Source: an uncultured Acidobacteriota bacterium (GTDB lineage Bacteria; Acidobacteriota; Vicinamibacteria; Vicinamibacterales; CAVVIG01). Taken from it: a DNA stretch of 64,000 bases. Every line of letters begins with the position of its first letter. Position 1 is the first letter of the stretch. The translations under genes were made by a program, and so were the position numbers. Below are positions 11,330-21,016 of the stretch, piece after piece. Location: positions 781,564 to 845,563 of the forward strand of contig CAVQEJ010000003.1 of assembly GCA_963711505.1 (NCBI GenBank), given 5' to 3'. Below the pieces are notes generated by a model. It made no database searches. It was not told where the DNA came from and saw only the letters and a program-made list of their open reading frames with translations.

Positions 11330-13746
11330 ACGACGGTGGGACATGGAGGGATGGCCACGGCATCGCGCGCGGGCGACCGCCATCGGCCGATCCCGTCTGT
11401 CGGCCACGCCGTCGACCCGCATGATCGCGGCGGCGGCGCTGGTGGCGGTCTTGTCGGTGTCCGCGGCGCGCGCGGCCGACGGACAACGCGCCCTGATCGA
11501 ACTGGTCGTCAACGACGTGCCCCAGGGCAACACGCTGATCGTCCTGCGTGACGGGGAGCTCTGGATCACCGTGAAGGCGCTCGACGACGCGGGCCTCACG
11601 GGCTACCAGGGGCGGCGCGAGTCGATCGACGGCGTGCCGTACGTCCTGGTGTCGTCGCTGGCGCCCGCCATCACCTCGGTCTTCGACGAGCGCGGCCTCA
11701 CGCTTCACCTCACCGCGCGGCCCGAACTGTTCGCCCGCCACACGCTGGCGCTTCAGAACCCGCGGCCGGCCAACATGGTGTACGCGCGGACGCCGAGCGC
11801 CTTCGCGAACTACGCCCTGACCTGGCATCAGGGCCAGCCGGGAATCGACACCTTCCTCGAAACCGCGATGAGCGCGGGGCCGGCCTCCATCGACAGTACC
11901 TTTTCGCGGCTGGCGGCGGACGGCCGGATCGTCCGCAACCTGACGACGCTGACCATCGATGCGCGGTCGCGCCTGCAGCGGTGGAGGGCTGGTGACGTGA
12001 TCGCGCGGGCCGGACCGCTCGACGACAGCGTGATCATCGGTGGGCTGGGCGTCAGCCGCGAGTACGGCCTCGATCCCTACTACCAGTCCTATCCCTCGCC
12101 ATCGATCTCGGGGACCGTGACCACGCCCGCCACGGTCGACGTGTACGTGGATGGTCGTCTCGTCCGGCAGGAGCCCCTCGCGCCCGGGCCGTTTCAGGTG
12201 ACCCAGCTGCCGTTGTCGGCCGGGCTCGGCACGGCCGCGTGGTCGTGCGCGACGCCTTCGGCCGGGAGCAGCAGTTCGTCGAGCCGTACTACCTGACCAC
12301 GGCGCTCCTCCGGCGCGGGACACGTGACTACCAGTACGTGGTGGGCGTCGCGCGCAGTCAGGACCTCAGCCGTCCGTCGGCGTACGACACGCCGACGGCC
12401 GTGGCGGTGGACCGTGTCGGCCTGACCGGTTGGCTCACGGCCGGGTATCGGGTCGAAGCCGACCGCCACACCATCAACGGCGGGCCGACCGTCAACCTGC
12501 GTCTGTGGCGTCTGGGCGAGATCGAATGGGCCGGGGCCGTCAGCCGGCAGGCGGAGACGCATCGGTGAGGCCGGCCACCTCGCCTACACGTTCACGGGAC
12601 ACGCCGTCAGTCTGTCGGCGGTGGCGCGGGTCTATTCTCCGCAGTACGCCACGCTGCTGGCGCCGCCGCGCAACCGGTGGGCCTCCCTGGTCTCCGGCGT
12701 GCTCAGTGTGCCGCTCGGACGGCGGATCTCGCTCAGCGTCCAGCATACGATCGACGACCTCGCCGACGTCGAGCCGGGGCGGCCGATGCGGAACCGGCGG
12801 ACGGCGTTGACCGGCACCTGGCGTGCGGCCGGCCGTCTCGAGTTCTACGGGACGGTGGCGTTGAACGAGCAGACCGACAGCGCCAGGCGGCTCGATGTCT
12901 TCGCGGGCGCGAGCCTGCTGCTCGGGACGCAGGACCGCCATCAACGTGGCGCACGACCGGAGTGGGTCGCAGGGACTCACGACGGTGGAGATGCAGCAGT
13001 CGCTGCCGGTGGGGCCCGGTTTCGGGTATCGGCTGAGCGGCGTGGCCGGCGACGGAATCAGCCCCAGCGGCAGCGGCGTGCTGCAGTATCAGGGGGCGTT
13101 CGGTCGCTACGAGGTCACGCGCGACGTCGGCCCGGGGGGCGCGGGCACGTCGGTCAGCGCCAGCGGGGGGCTCGTCGCGATCGGCGGCGGGCTGCACCTC
13201 ACCCGCGCCGTGTCGAGCAGCTATGCGCTGGTCCGCGTGCCGGGCGCCGCTGGCGTGCGGGTGTACGACAACAACCAGCCGGTCGGCCGGACCGGCCGGC
13301 ACGGCAACCTGCTCGTGCCGAATCTGCTGCCGTATTACGGCAATCGTCTCAGCATTGCCGACACCGATCTTCCGCTCGATTACGACATCGAGCACACCGT
13401 GCAGACTATCGCCCCGCCGTTCCAGGGCGGCGCGCTGGTGGCGTTCCTGGCGGAGCGGATTCAGGGGGTCACCGGCCGGGTCGTGCTGACACGCGGCGGG
13501 GCGCGGACCGTGCCGGTCTACGGCAATCTCGTCGTCACGGTCAAGGGCGTCCGGCACGTGTCGCCCATCGGCGAGCAGGGCGAGTTCTACTTCGAGAACC
13601 TGCCCGCCGGGCCGCACCCGGCCGCCGTGGAGTTCGGCGACATGCCATGCGCCTTCACGCTGACCGTGACGCCATCGGCTGCACCATTCATCGATCTGGG
13701 AACCGTAGTCTGTGACGCCGGAGCACCGGCGGGGGGAACGCGATGA
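11259..13746 (+). CDS. Outer-membrane fimbrial usher (CsuD-type); at least 3 frameshifts (~12235, ~12560, ~12930)
   Basis: The sense chains through ORFs 11259.., 12239.., 12621.. and 12895..13746. Usher-like features include ALIELVVNDVPQGNTLIVLRDGELWITVKALDDAGL and VVVRDAFGREQQF. C-terminal region: VRVYDNNQPVGRTGRHGNLLVPNLLPYYGNRLSIADTDLPLDY. The start is uncertain (GTG 11259, ATG 11343 or ATG 11421). Confidence 0.7.
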
Positions 13747-14204
13747 GAGTCTCGATGATGCTGGTTGGCGCGATGCTGGCGGTGATGGTCTCGGCGCAGC
13801 CGGCCCGGGCCGACTGCGAGGTGCAGAGCAGCGGGATCGTGTTTCCCGCCTACGACGTCTACGCCACACAGCCGCTCGATGCCGTGGGATCGCTGCAGTT
13901 CAAGTGCTCGCCCGAGCAGAAGAACACGACGCCCACCGTGCGGCTGACACTCGGGGCGGAGCCCGACGGGACCTTCGTGCGGCGGATGAGAAACGACGGC
14001 GACACGCTGCACTACAACCTGTTCATGGACCCGTACCATACGGCCGTGTGGGGTGACGGCACCGGAGGCACGATGGCGTACATCGCCGCCTGTTGTCCCG
14101 TCGGCAAGTTCTCGGACGTGAAGGTGTACGCGCGGATTCCCGCCGGTCAGGACGTGTCGGCCGGCACCTACGTCGATTCGATGCTCGTCACGATCGAGTT
14201 CTAG
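13743..14204 (+). CDS. SCPU-domain fimbrial subunit (intact)
   Basis: ATGA overlap with the usher stop. Signal peptide ending ARADCEV. LHYNLFMDPYHTAVWGDG...YARIPAGQDVSAGTYVDSMLVTIEF is the SCPU signature. Confidence 0.85.
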   Translation: MRVSMMLVGAMLAVMVSAQPARADCEVQSSGIVFPAYDVYATQPLDAVGSLQFKCSPEQKNTTPTVRLTLGAEPDGTFVRRMRNDGDTLHYNLFMDPYHTAVWGDGTGGTMAYIAACCPVGKFSDVKVYARIPAGQDVSAGTYVDSMLVTIEF

Positions 14205-14212
14205 GCGAGGCC

Positions 14213-14697
14213 ATGACGAACCGATTCTGCGCCCGTGGCACGCAATGCCGCGCCGGCCGCGCCGCTCTGGCGGTCGCCGCAATCCTGGCTGATGGGCCTG
14301 GCCGCGCCGGCGCAGGCGAAGTGCACGATTTCCAGCACGAGCGTGATCTTCGGGACGTACAACGTGTTCAATACGTCGCCGCTCGATTCGACCGGCACGA
14401 TCTCGTTCAAGTGTGGAAAGAGGGATAAGAACATCCTCATCACGCTCGGTCGCGGAGGCAGTTCGTCGTTCAGTCGCGTGATGCGCAGCGGCACCGAGCA
14501 GATGGCCTACAACCTGTACCGCGACGCCACGCACACGTCGATCTGGGGAGACGGGACGAGCGGCACGGTGGTGTACCAGAACGCGCAGCCGGGGGATCAG
14601 CACGGTGAACCTGACGGTGTTCGGACGAGTGCCGGCAGGGCAGGATGTCGCGGTCGGCACGTACAGCGACAGCGTCGTCGTGACGATCGAGTGGTGA
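14213..14697 (+). CDS. SCPU-domain fimbrial subunit; 2 frameshifts (~14290, ~14594 in a G5 run)
   Basis: The start MTNRFCARG...AALAVAAILA lies in the frame of ORF 14093... The sense continues as LMGLAAPAQAKCTISSTSVIFGTYNV...MAYNLYRDATHTSIWGDG (ORF 14235..). It ends ISTVNLTVFGRVPAGQDVAVGTYSDSVVVTIEW, with TGA at 14695-14697. Confidence 0.75.
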
Positions 14698-14714
14698 ATA
14701 CCGGAGAGGGAGAT

Positions 14715-15053
14715 TCAGAACTCGATCGTGAGGACCAGATCGCGCGACCGGGGCGCGGTCCATCGCGCGTCGAGGCGGTTCTGGTCGGCGGTGGACCGGA
14801 CGAGCAGCGGTCGTTGCGCGCCGTTCAGGAGGGCTGTGACCGTGCGGACGGCGTGGCCGCTGCAGCGCATCGACATGGCGACGCCGGTGCCGCGGGACGT
14901 GCCCGGCCGGCTGGCGTCGATGGAGCATCGGGGCACGACGACCGCACTGACGGCCAGGGCGGCGCTCCTCGAGCGCCCCTGGGCGACGGCGGTGCCGGCG
15001 GCGGCAGCCAGCAGGAACACCGGCACGAGCGTCGCACGACAGGAGCGATACAT
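14715..15053 (-). CDS. Small SCPU-like secreted protein on the opposite strand
   Basis: 112 aa with a signal peptide (LVPVFLLAAAAGTAVAQG). LAVSAVVVPRCSID... and the ending LVLTIEF resemble a minimal SCPU fold. Confidence 0.6.
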   Translation of the reverse strand: MYRSCRATLVPVFLLAAAAGTAVAQGRSRSAALAVSAVVVPRCSIDASRPGTSRGTGVAMSMRCSGHAVRTVTALLNGAQRPLLVRSTADQNRLDARWTAPRSRDLVLTIEF

Positions 15054-15142
15054 CGTCCATCAGGGTAGCACAGAGTTGCGGCCGGGTGGGCACCGGGAGT
15101 CGGCAGGCGGGTTGTTCGAGCGCCCGTCCGGAGTCAGAGACC

Positions 15143-15961
15143 ATGAGCACGCGTGCTCTCACGCCGGTGATGGCCGCGATCGCCCTCTTGCTCGGAATCG
15201 CCGCACCGTCTCTGGCGACGCCACGGACCGGCGGGCGGCAGGCGGGCGCCCTGGCAGCGCCCAAGAGCCTGTGCGCGGAGTGTCACCTGGTGACGTCCAC
15301 CGCGCGGTCGCGGGCGCACGTGCTCGATTGGGAGCGCTCGGTCCATGCGAGACGGAACGTGGGCTGTGACGCCTGCCATGGCGGTGAGCCGACCGCGATG
15401 GATCCGATGAAGGCCCATCTGACGATCCTCGACAACGAGAACCCGAAGAGTCCCATCTATCCCGCGAACCTGCCCGTGACGTGCGGCCGGTGCCACACGC
15501 GGGCGGCCGAGGAGTTCAGGGCGAGCGCGCATTACGCCGTCCTGATGTCCACGCCGAACGCCCGCGTCCCGACCTGTTCCACCTGTCACGGCGAGACGGG
15601 CGCCCGGTTGCCGGACCCCGAGCAGGTGCGGGCCATTTGTGCGCAGTGCCACGGCGTCGGCACGCCGGCCGGGCATCCCGAGTACGCGGCGTCGGCCAAG
15701 GTGCTCACCATGCAGTACGCGGCGGCGAAGATGATGCTCGACGAGGTGAGCAACTTCATTCCATTGATCCCCGATGCGACCCTGCGCGCCAGCTTCGAAG
15801 CCGACCAGGTCCGCGCGTACCAGGGCCTGACCGCCGCGGCCGAAGCCAATCACACGCTGGACTACGACAAGATCGAGGAGAAGATCACGGTGGCGTTCGA
15901 GCGGGTCGTCGCGCTCATCCGGCGGGTGATGAGCAGCATGCCGAGGGCGCCGAGAGACTAG
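15143..15961 (+). CDS. Pentaheme c-type cytochrome, paralogue A1
   Basis: Signal peptide. Five CXXCH motifs (CAECH, CDACH, CGRCH, CSTCH, CAQCH). Heme-free helical C-terminal ~100 aa. GGAG lies 9 nt upstream of the ATG. Confidence 0.85.
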   Translation: MSTRALTPVMAAIALLLGIAAPSLATPRTGGRQAGALAAPKSLCAECHLVTSTARSRAHVLDWERSVHARRNVGCDACHGGEPTAMDPMKAHLTILDNENPKSPIYPANLPVTCGRCHTRAAEEFRASAHYAVLMSTPNARVPTCSTCHGETGARLPDPEQVRAICAQCHGVGTPAGHPEYAASAKVLTMQYAAAKMMLDEVSNFIPLIPDATLRASFEADQVRAYQGLTAAAEANHTLDYDKIEEKITVAFERVVALIRRVMSSMPRAPRD

Positions 15962-16014
15962 CGCGGCAGGCTGCCGACGGCGGACAGCGAACACGCGAAG
16001 CGGAGTCAGACACC

Positions 16015-16848
16015 ATGGTCAGCATGCTCAAGCGCCGTTCGGCCGCGTCCCTGGCGGGGATTGCCGTGCTGCTCGCCCTGGCCGCCCCGGCCCCGGCCGT
16101 TGCGGGGGACGGGATGCCGCAGGCGGTGGTCCCTTTCACGGCGCCGAAGAGTCTGTGCGCGGACTGCCACATGGCGACGGCCACGGCACGGTCTCGGGCG
16201 CACGTGCTCGACTGGGAGCGCTCGGTCCACGCGCGGCGGAACGTCGGGTGTGACGCCTGTCACGGCGGCGAGCCGGCCACCATGGACCCGATGAAGGCCC
16301 ATCTGACGATCCTCGACAACGAGGACCCGAAGAGCCCGATCTACCGCGCCAATCTGCCGGCGACCTGTGGCAAGTGTCATCCGCGGTCGACCGAGCGGTT
16401 CAAGGAAAGCAAGCACTACGCAATCCTGATGAGCACGCCGAACGCCCGCGTGCCGACCTGCTCGACCTGCCACGGTGACATCGGCGGCAGCCTGCCGGAC
16501 CCCGAGCAGGTGCGGACGATCTGCGCGCAATGCCATGGCGTCGGCACGCCGGCCGGACACCCCGAGTACGCCGCCGGCGCCAAGGTGCTCATGATGCAGT
16601 ACGCGGCCGCCCGCATGATGCTCGATGAGGTGGCCAACTTCATTCCGCTGATCCCGGACCCCGTCCTGCGCACCAGCTTCGAGACCGACGAGACCCGGGC
16701 CCGTCTGGGATTGACCGCCGTGGCCGAGGCCGACCATACGCTGGACTACGACGAGATAGAGGAGAAGATCACCGTGGCGTTCGAGCGCGTCGTCTCGCTC
16801 ATCCGGCGTGTGATGAGCAGCATGCCGAGACCGCTGACGAAAGGATAG
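16015..16848 (+). CDS. Pentaheme c-type cytochrome, paralogue A2
   Basis: CADCH, CDACH, CGKCH, CSTCH, CAQCH. Collinear with A1 and identical at most positions. Shares a 36-nt identical DNA run with A1 (16288-16323 vs 15404-15439) and the same cggagtcaga-N-ATG start context. Confidence 0.85.
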   Translation: MVSMLKRRSAASLAGIAVLLALAAPAPAVAGDGMPQAVVPFTAPKSLCADCHMATATARSRAHVLDWERSVHARRNVGCDACHGGEPATMDPMKAHLTILDNEDPKSPIYRANLPATCGKCHPRSTERFKESKHYAILMSTPNARVPTCSTCHGDIGGSLPDPEQVRTICAQCHGVGTPAGHPEYAAGAKVLMMQYAAARMMLDEVANFIPLIPDPVLRTSFETDETRARLGLTAVAEADHTLDYDEIEEKITVAFERVVSLIRRVMSSMPRPLTKG

Positions 16849-16886
16849 CGCTGTCGCGTCGCTGACAGCCTGCTGGAGTGTCAAAC

Positions 16887-17765
16887 ATGGACCGCACGGC
16901 GAGTCGAGGATCGGAGCCGGGCCGCAGGTCGCCCGCGCGTACCGCCGCGATCGCCGCCATCGGCCTGATGGCCTGGCTGTGGCCGTGCGTGGCCACCGCG
17001 CAATTCGCCAGGCCTGTGCCAGCTGGAACCATGGCGCAGGGCACGGCCACGCCGCCGGCCCCGGTCGCGATTCCGCCGGCCCTGGACACCGCCTGCGTCC
17101 ATTGCCACACGACCAGCCTGAAGAGCGAGATGCAGGTCCACCTGCGTGAATGGGCACGGTCGCCTCATGCGGCGCACGGCATCGGGTGCCACGATTGCCA
17201 TGGCGGCGACCCCCGGAACAGCGATGCGGCCACGGCGCACGCCTCGCATACCGCCGCCAACCGGCCCGACACCCTTCACAACGTCGATGACATGTGTACC
17301 AGGTGCCATGCGACGACGGGAAGACTGTTCGAAGGCAATCCTCACTACGCGCTGATCGCGGCCGGCAATCGTCTGATGCCGGGCTGCGTCGCGTGCCATG
17401 GCGAAGAAGGGGTCGAGCCGCTCTCACCTGTTCGCATGGAGGCGGTGTGCAACCAGTGTCACGGCGCCGGCAGCGCCCATGCCAACCCCGCGTACGGCGC
17501 CGGCATCAGGATGGGACTCGTCGAACTGGAGTCCATCCTCGGCCTGCTGGCGGAGAGTCGTCGTTTCGCGGGCCTGCTCCCCGAGGGCCCGGCCCGCACA
17601 CGCATCGAGGCGGAGATTACGCAGGTCGAAGCGGCGGTGCACGCCAATTCGGATGCGGGACACGGGGGTGACGATGCGGTTGTCGCTGCGCAGCAATCCG
17701 AGCTGTACCAGCGGACCGTCGATATCGTCAACCAGCTCCTGCAGTCGCCGACGCCGAAGCGGTAG
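16887..17765 (+). CDS. Pentaheme c-type cytochrome, paralogue B1
   Basis: CVHCH, CHDCH, CTRCH, CVACH, CNQCH. Signal-like N-terminus ending VATAQ. Start taken at ATG 16887 (GGAG upstream); the track ORF begins at GTG 16878. Confidence 0.8.
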   Translation: MDRTASRGSEPGRRSPARTAAIAAIGLMAWLWPCVATAQFARPVPAGTMAQGTATPPAPVAIPPALDTACVHCHTTSLKSEMQVHLREWARSPHAAHGIGCHDCHGGDPRNSDAATAHASHTAANRPDTLHNVDDMCTRCHATTGRLFEGNPHYALIAAGNRLMPGCVACHGEEGVEPLSPVRMEAVCNQCHGAGSAHANPAYGAGIRMGLVELESILGLLAESRRFAGLLPEGPARTRIEAEITQVEAAVHANSDAGHGGDDAVVAAQQSELYQRTVDIVNQLLQSPTPKR

Positions 17766-17793
17766 GCCGCGCATGCCGGACAGGAGCGTGAAC

Positions 17794-18675
17794 GTGGACC
17801 GCGACACACACCGAACGTCGAAGCCGGGGAGACGACTCGCCCGGCGTGCGACCGTGGTCGTCGCGATGGGCCTGTGCGGCTGGCTACGGCCAGGGACGGT
17901 GACGGCGCAGTCTCTCCCGCGGCCGTCGCTCGCGCTGGCGGCGCCGCAGGCGGGAAGCGTGCCGCCGACTCCGATCAGCATCCCGCCGGCGCTGGACACC
18001 GCCTGCGTCCGCTGCCACACGACCAGTCTGCGCGGCACGATGCGGGTGCACTTGCGCGAATGGGCACGGTCGCCTCATGCGGCGCACGGCATCGGGTGTC
18101 ACGATTGCCACGGGGGCGATCCCCGGCAGACGGATGTGACCACGGCCCACGCGCCGAACGCCGCCGACGGGGGCTTGAGCGGCCCGCAGCACGCCGACCG
18201 CCTGTGCGTCCGATGCCATGCCGAATCGGCCAGGGCCTTCGAGCGCAACCCTCACTACGCGCTGATCCAGGCTGGCGACCGCCTGATGCCGGGATGCGTG
18301 ACGTGTCATGGCGCCGAGGGCGTCGATCCCATCTCTCCCGAACGCCTGGAAGCGGTGTGCAATCAATGTCATGGTCCGGGCTCGTCGAGGCCCCATCCCG
18401 GGGCCGCCGGTGCCATCAGATTACTGCTCGTGGAACAACAGTCTCTGGTCCTTCTGCAAGCAGAAGTCGGGCGTCTCGCGAGCCTGTTCCCGCCCGGCGC
18501 GACGCGCGCGCGTGTCGAAGCGACACTGGCAGAGGTCTCCGTGATTCTGCGCGCAGACGCCGAGGCTGAGCATTCGGGGGAGGTCGGCACACTGGCAGCG
18601 CAACTGCAGGTGTTGTACCGGCGGACCCTCGATGCCGCGGGACTGCTCCTGCAGCCGCCGGAGCCGAAGCGGTAG
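17794..18675 (+). CDS. Pentaheme c-type cytochrome, paralogue B2
   Basis: CVRCH, CHDCH, CVRCH, CVTCH, CNQCH. Start chosen at GTG 17794 by alignment with the B1/B3 start context (caggag-N7-GTGGACCGC); an in-frame ATG at 17773 is the alternative. Shares a 41-nt identical run with B1 (18058-18098 vs 17148-17188). Confidence 0.8.
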   Translation: MDRDTHRTSKPGRRLARRATVVVAMGLCGWLRPGTVTAQSLPRPSLALAAPQAGSVPPTPISIPPALDTACVRCHTTSLRGTMRVHLREWARSPHAAHGIGCHDCHGGDPRQTDVTTAHAPNAADGGLSGPQHADRLCVRCHAESARAFERNPHYALIQAGDRLMPGCVTCHGAEGVDPISPERLEAVCNQCHGPGSSRPHPGAAGAIRLLLVEQQSLVLLQAEVGRLASLFPPGATRARVEATLAEVSVILRADAEAEHSGEVGTLAAQLQVLYRRTLDAAGLLLQPPEPKR

Positions 18676-18707
18676 AGGCGAACCCGTCAGACAGAAGAGA
18701 GTGGAAC

Positions 18708-19579
18708 ATGAACCGTCACTCGACGCGAACATCGGTGCGGCACGCACGACGGCGCTGGTGTGCCGCCGCCGGCGCCACGATGATCGCCATCGCCATCTTC
18801 GGCTGGCCATCGTCGTTCGTCGTGACGGCGCAATTGCTTCGATCGGGGCCGGCCCCGCAGAGCGCGGCCGCGCCGCCGCTGGCGATCCCGCCGTCCCTGG
18901 ACAGCGCGTGTGTTCGCTGCCATGCCGCCAGCCTGAGCAGCAGGGTGCGGGTCCACCTGCAGGAATGGGCAGGATCGCCTCATGGGAAGAACGGCGTCGG
19001 CTGCCAGGATTGCCACGGGGGCGATCCCGAGAGCACCGATGTGGCCACGGCCCACGCGCCGGCCGCCGCCGTCAACGGCCTCAGCCGCACGCAGAGGAGC
19101 ATCCGCCTGTGCGCCAGGTGCCATGCACAGACCGCGGAGGTCTACGAACGCAGTCCTCACTACCCGCTGATCCAGGCTGGCGAAAGACTGATGCCGAGCT
19201 GCGTGACGTGTCATGGCGCCGTGGCGTACGAACGTGTCTCCCCTGAGCGCCTGGAAGCGGAGTGCAGTCAATGTCACAGCGCGGGTCGATCGGCGCCCCG
19301 TCCCGGGATTGCCGGTGGCATCAGACTCCTGCTGGTGGAGCGAGATGCCCTGCTCCGGTTGTGCACAGAGGGCCTGCGCCTCGCGAGCGTGCTCCCGCCG
19401 GGCCCGACGCGCAGCGGCGTCGAAGGGGAATTGACCCACGTCGAACGCGCCTGCACACCGGCGTCCGGGAGACACACTCGACCGACATCGGGCCGTTTGC
19501 GGCAGAAATGCCCACGCTCTACCGGCGGGCGCTGAACGCCGTCGGACAGATGCTGCAGCCGCCGAAGCCGAAACCATAG
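18708..19579 (+). CDS. Pentaheme c-type cytochrome, paralogue B3; -1 frameshift near 19466
   Basis: CVRCH, CQDCH, CARCH, CVTCH, CSQCH. The C-terminal helical domain continues in the frame of ORF 19262..19579 (THSTDIGPFAAEMPTLYRRALNAVGQMLQPPKPKP), collinear with the B1/B2 C-termini. Confidence 0.75.
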
Positions 19580-19603
19580 CGCGACCGCGCCGGGAGTATC
19601 GCC

Positions 19604-20165
19604 ATGAACCGCACCATCTTCGCAGCCCGTTCAGCCGTCGTCGCGCTGGCGATGTGCATCGCCTACGCGACGCCGGTCCTGTCCGTCTCCGCACCGCCCG
19701 AGACGGTGCCGCCCTGCAGCCCGAACGCCAGGCGGGCGGACCTGAGCTTCACCCTCGATGACATGAACGGCAAGCCCGTGCACCTTGCCGACTACGCGGG
19801 CAAGGTCATCGTGCTGAACTTCTGGGCGACGTGGTGCGGTCCCTGCAAACCGGAGATCCGCGCCCTCGTCGCCTTGCAGGAGAAGGTACGGGACCGCGAA
19901 TCTGCAGGTGCTCGGCGTCTCCGTGGACGACGAACCGGCGGACATGAAGCCCTTTGCGCGCGAATTCGGCATCAACTATCCGCTTCTGCAGGGCAAGGGG
20001 CGCGACGACATTCAGAAGGCCTACGGCCCCATCTGGGGCGTGCCGATGACGTTCATCATCGGTCGGGCCGGAACGCTCTGCCGGACGCATCGCGGGTCGG
20101 TCACCAAGGAGACACTGGAAGAGGAAATCGCCGTATACGTGGGGCAGCGTCCGCCGGGACAGTAG
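19604..20165 (+). CDS. TlpA/ResA/CcmG-like periplasmic thiol:disulfide oxidoreductase (thioredoxin fold, WCGPC); +1 frameshift near 19885
   Basis: Signal or anchor segment, then KVIVLNFWATWCGPCKPEIRALVALQEK. The frame then switches to ORF 19908..20165 (NLQVLGVSVDDEPADMKPFAREFGINYPLL...WGVPMTFIIGRAG). Confidence 0.8.
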
Positions 20166-20394
20166 CGACAAGCCTCCGCGGTCGGCCGTCCGGCGCTGGC
20201 CCGGGTGGACGCCGGGCGGGGACTGGTCCGACGGTGCTTCAGGCGGTCGCGTCCGCATTTTTAATATGAGGGAGAGCCGCCATGGTCAAGCAGCATTGCG
20301 TTGTTGGTGTGTCTGTCGAATCCGTGGGCCACGTTGTTCGTGCCGTCGTCGAACGCTGAACCTGGACCGGGGGGCAGCGGTCCGGCCAGTGCGG

Positions 20395-20859
20395 ATGGCG
20401 CCGCAGGCGCCAAGCGGGGGATCACTGACCGCTGCCGGCGTGACGTTGTTCGCCGTGCCCCGCGAGAAGGCCGGGCGCGCGAGACTCACGGTGGGTGGCG
20501 CGGCCGCTGCGGACGGCGTGCAGGGCCCCAACCCGAGCGAGACGAGGCCCCGGGCTCTCACGCTGTTGTACCTGACGTACGTGGGAGTGGCGGCGGGCCA
20601 GTTCGCGGCGACCAAGATTGGGCGGTCGAGAGGCGGTTTGGAAGCCAATCCGGTGCTGGCCTATAGCGACGATCCCGTCGCCCAGCTCAGCGTCGCGCTT
20701 GGCGTCGGCGCCCTGACGTTCTGGCTGGTCGAGCGCCAATGGAAGCGCGGGCATCGCATCGGTGCGATTATCACGATGGCGATCGTCGACGGGATCAACG
20801 CAGCCATCCTCATTCACGACGTACGCTGGCTGGCCGGCCACCCGGCGGTATCGCCATAG
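20395..20859 (+). CDS. Small integral membrane protein, DUF5658-like (start uncertain)
   Basis: The C-terminal 100 aa (LTLLYLTYVGVAAGQFAATKIG...LEANPVLAY...ITMAIVDGINAAILIHDV) resemble DUF5658. The N-terminal part of track ORF 20266.. is Arg/Cys-rich and probably non-coding. Confidence 0.4.
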   Translation: MAPQAPSGGSLTAAGVTLFAVPREKAGRARLTVGGAAAADGVQGPNPSETRPRALTLLYLTYVGVAAGQFAATKIGRSRGGLEANPVLAYSDDPVAQLSVALGVGALTFWLVERQWKRGHRIGAIITMAIVDGINAAILIHDVRWLAGHPAVSP

Positions 20860-20879
20860 GCATCTGTTGTCGCCCCGCC

Positions 20880-21016
20880 CAGAGTAGCCCCGAGCTTCAG
20901 CTCGGTGACGCGACGATCCGGCGGACCGAGCGAAAGCTCGGTGCTACGACGAAAGAGAACGACCGGGCTGAAGCCCGGTGCGACGAGAAGAGCTGAAGCC
21001 TTCGTAGCACCGAGCT
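20880..21016. repeat. REP-like hairpin repeats flanking the RAYT gene (left array)
   Basis: Copies of caccgagc-ttca-gctcggtg and ccgggc-tgaa-gcccgg hairpins joined by gctacgacgaaagaga linkers, in both orientations. Confidence 0.75.

Noticed and set aside
15054-15142. Sigma54-like sequence ggtagcacagagttgc upstream of cytochrome A1
   Set aside because: The spacing between the GG and GC dinucleotides is two nucleotides too long relative to TGGCAC-N5-TTGC. It is not reported as a promoter.
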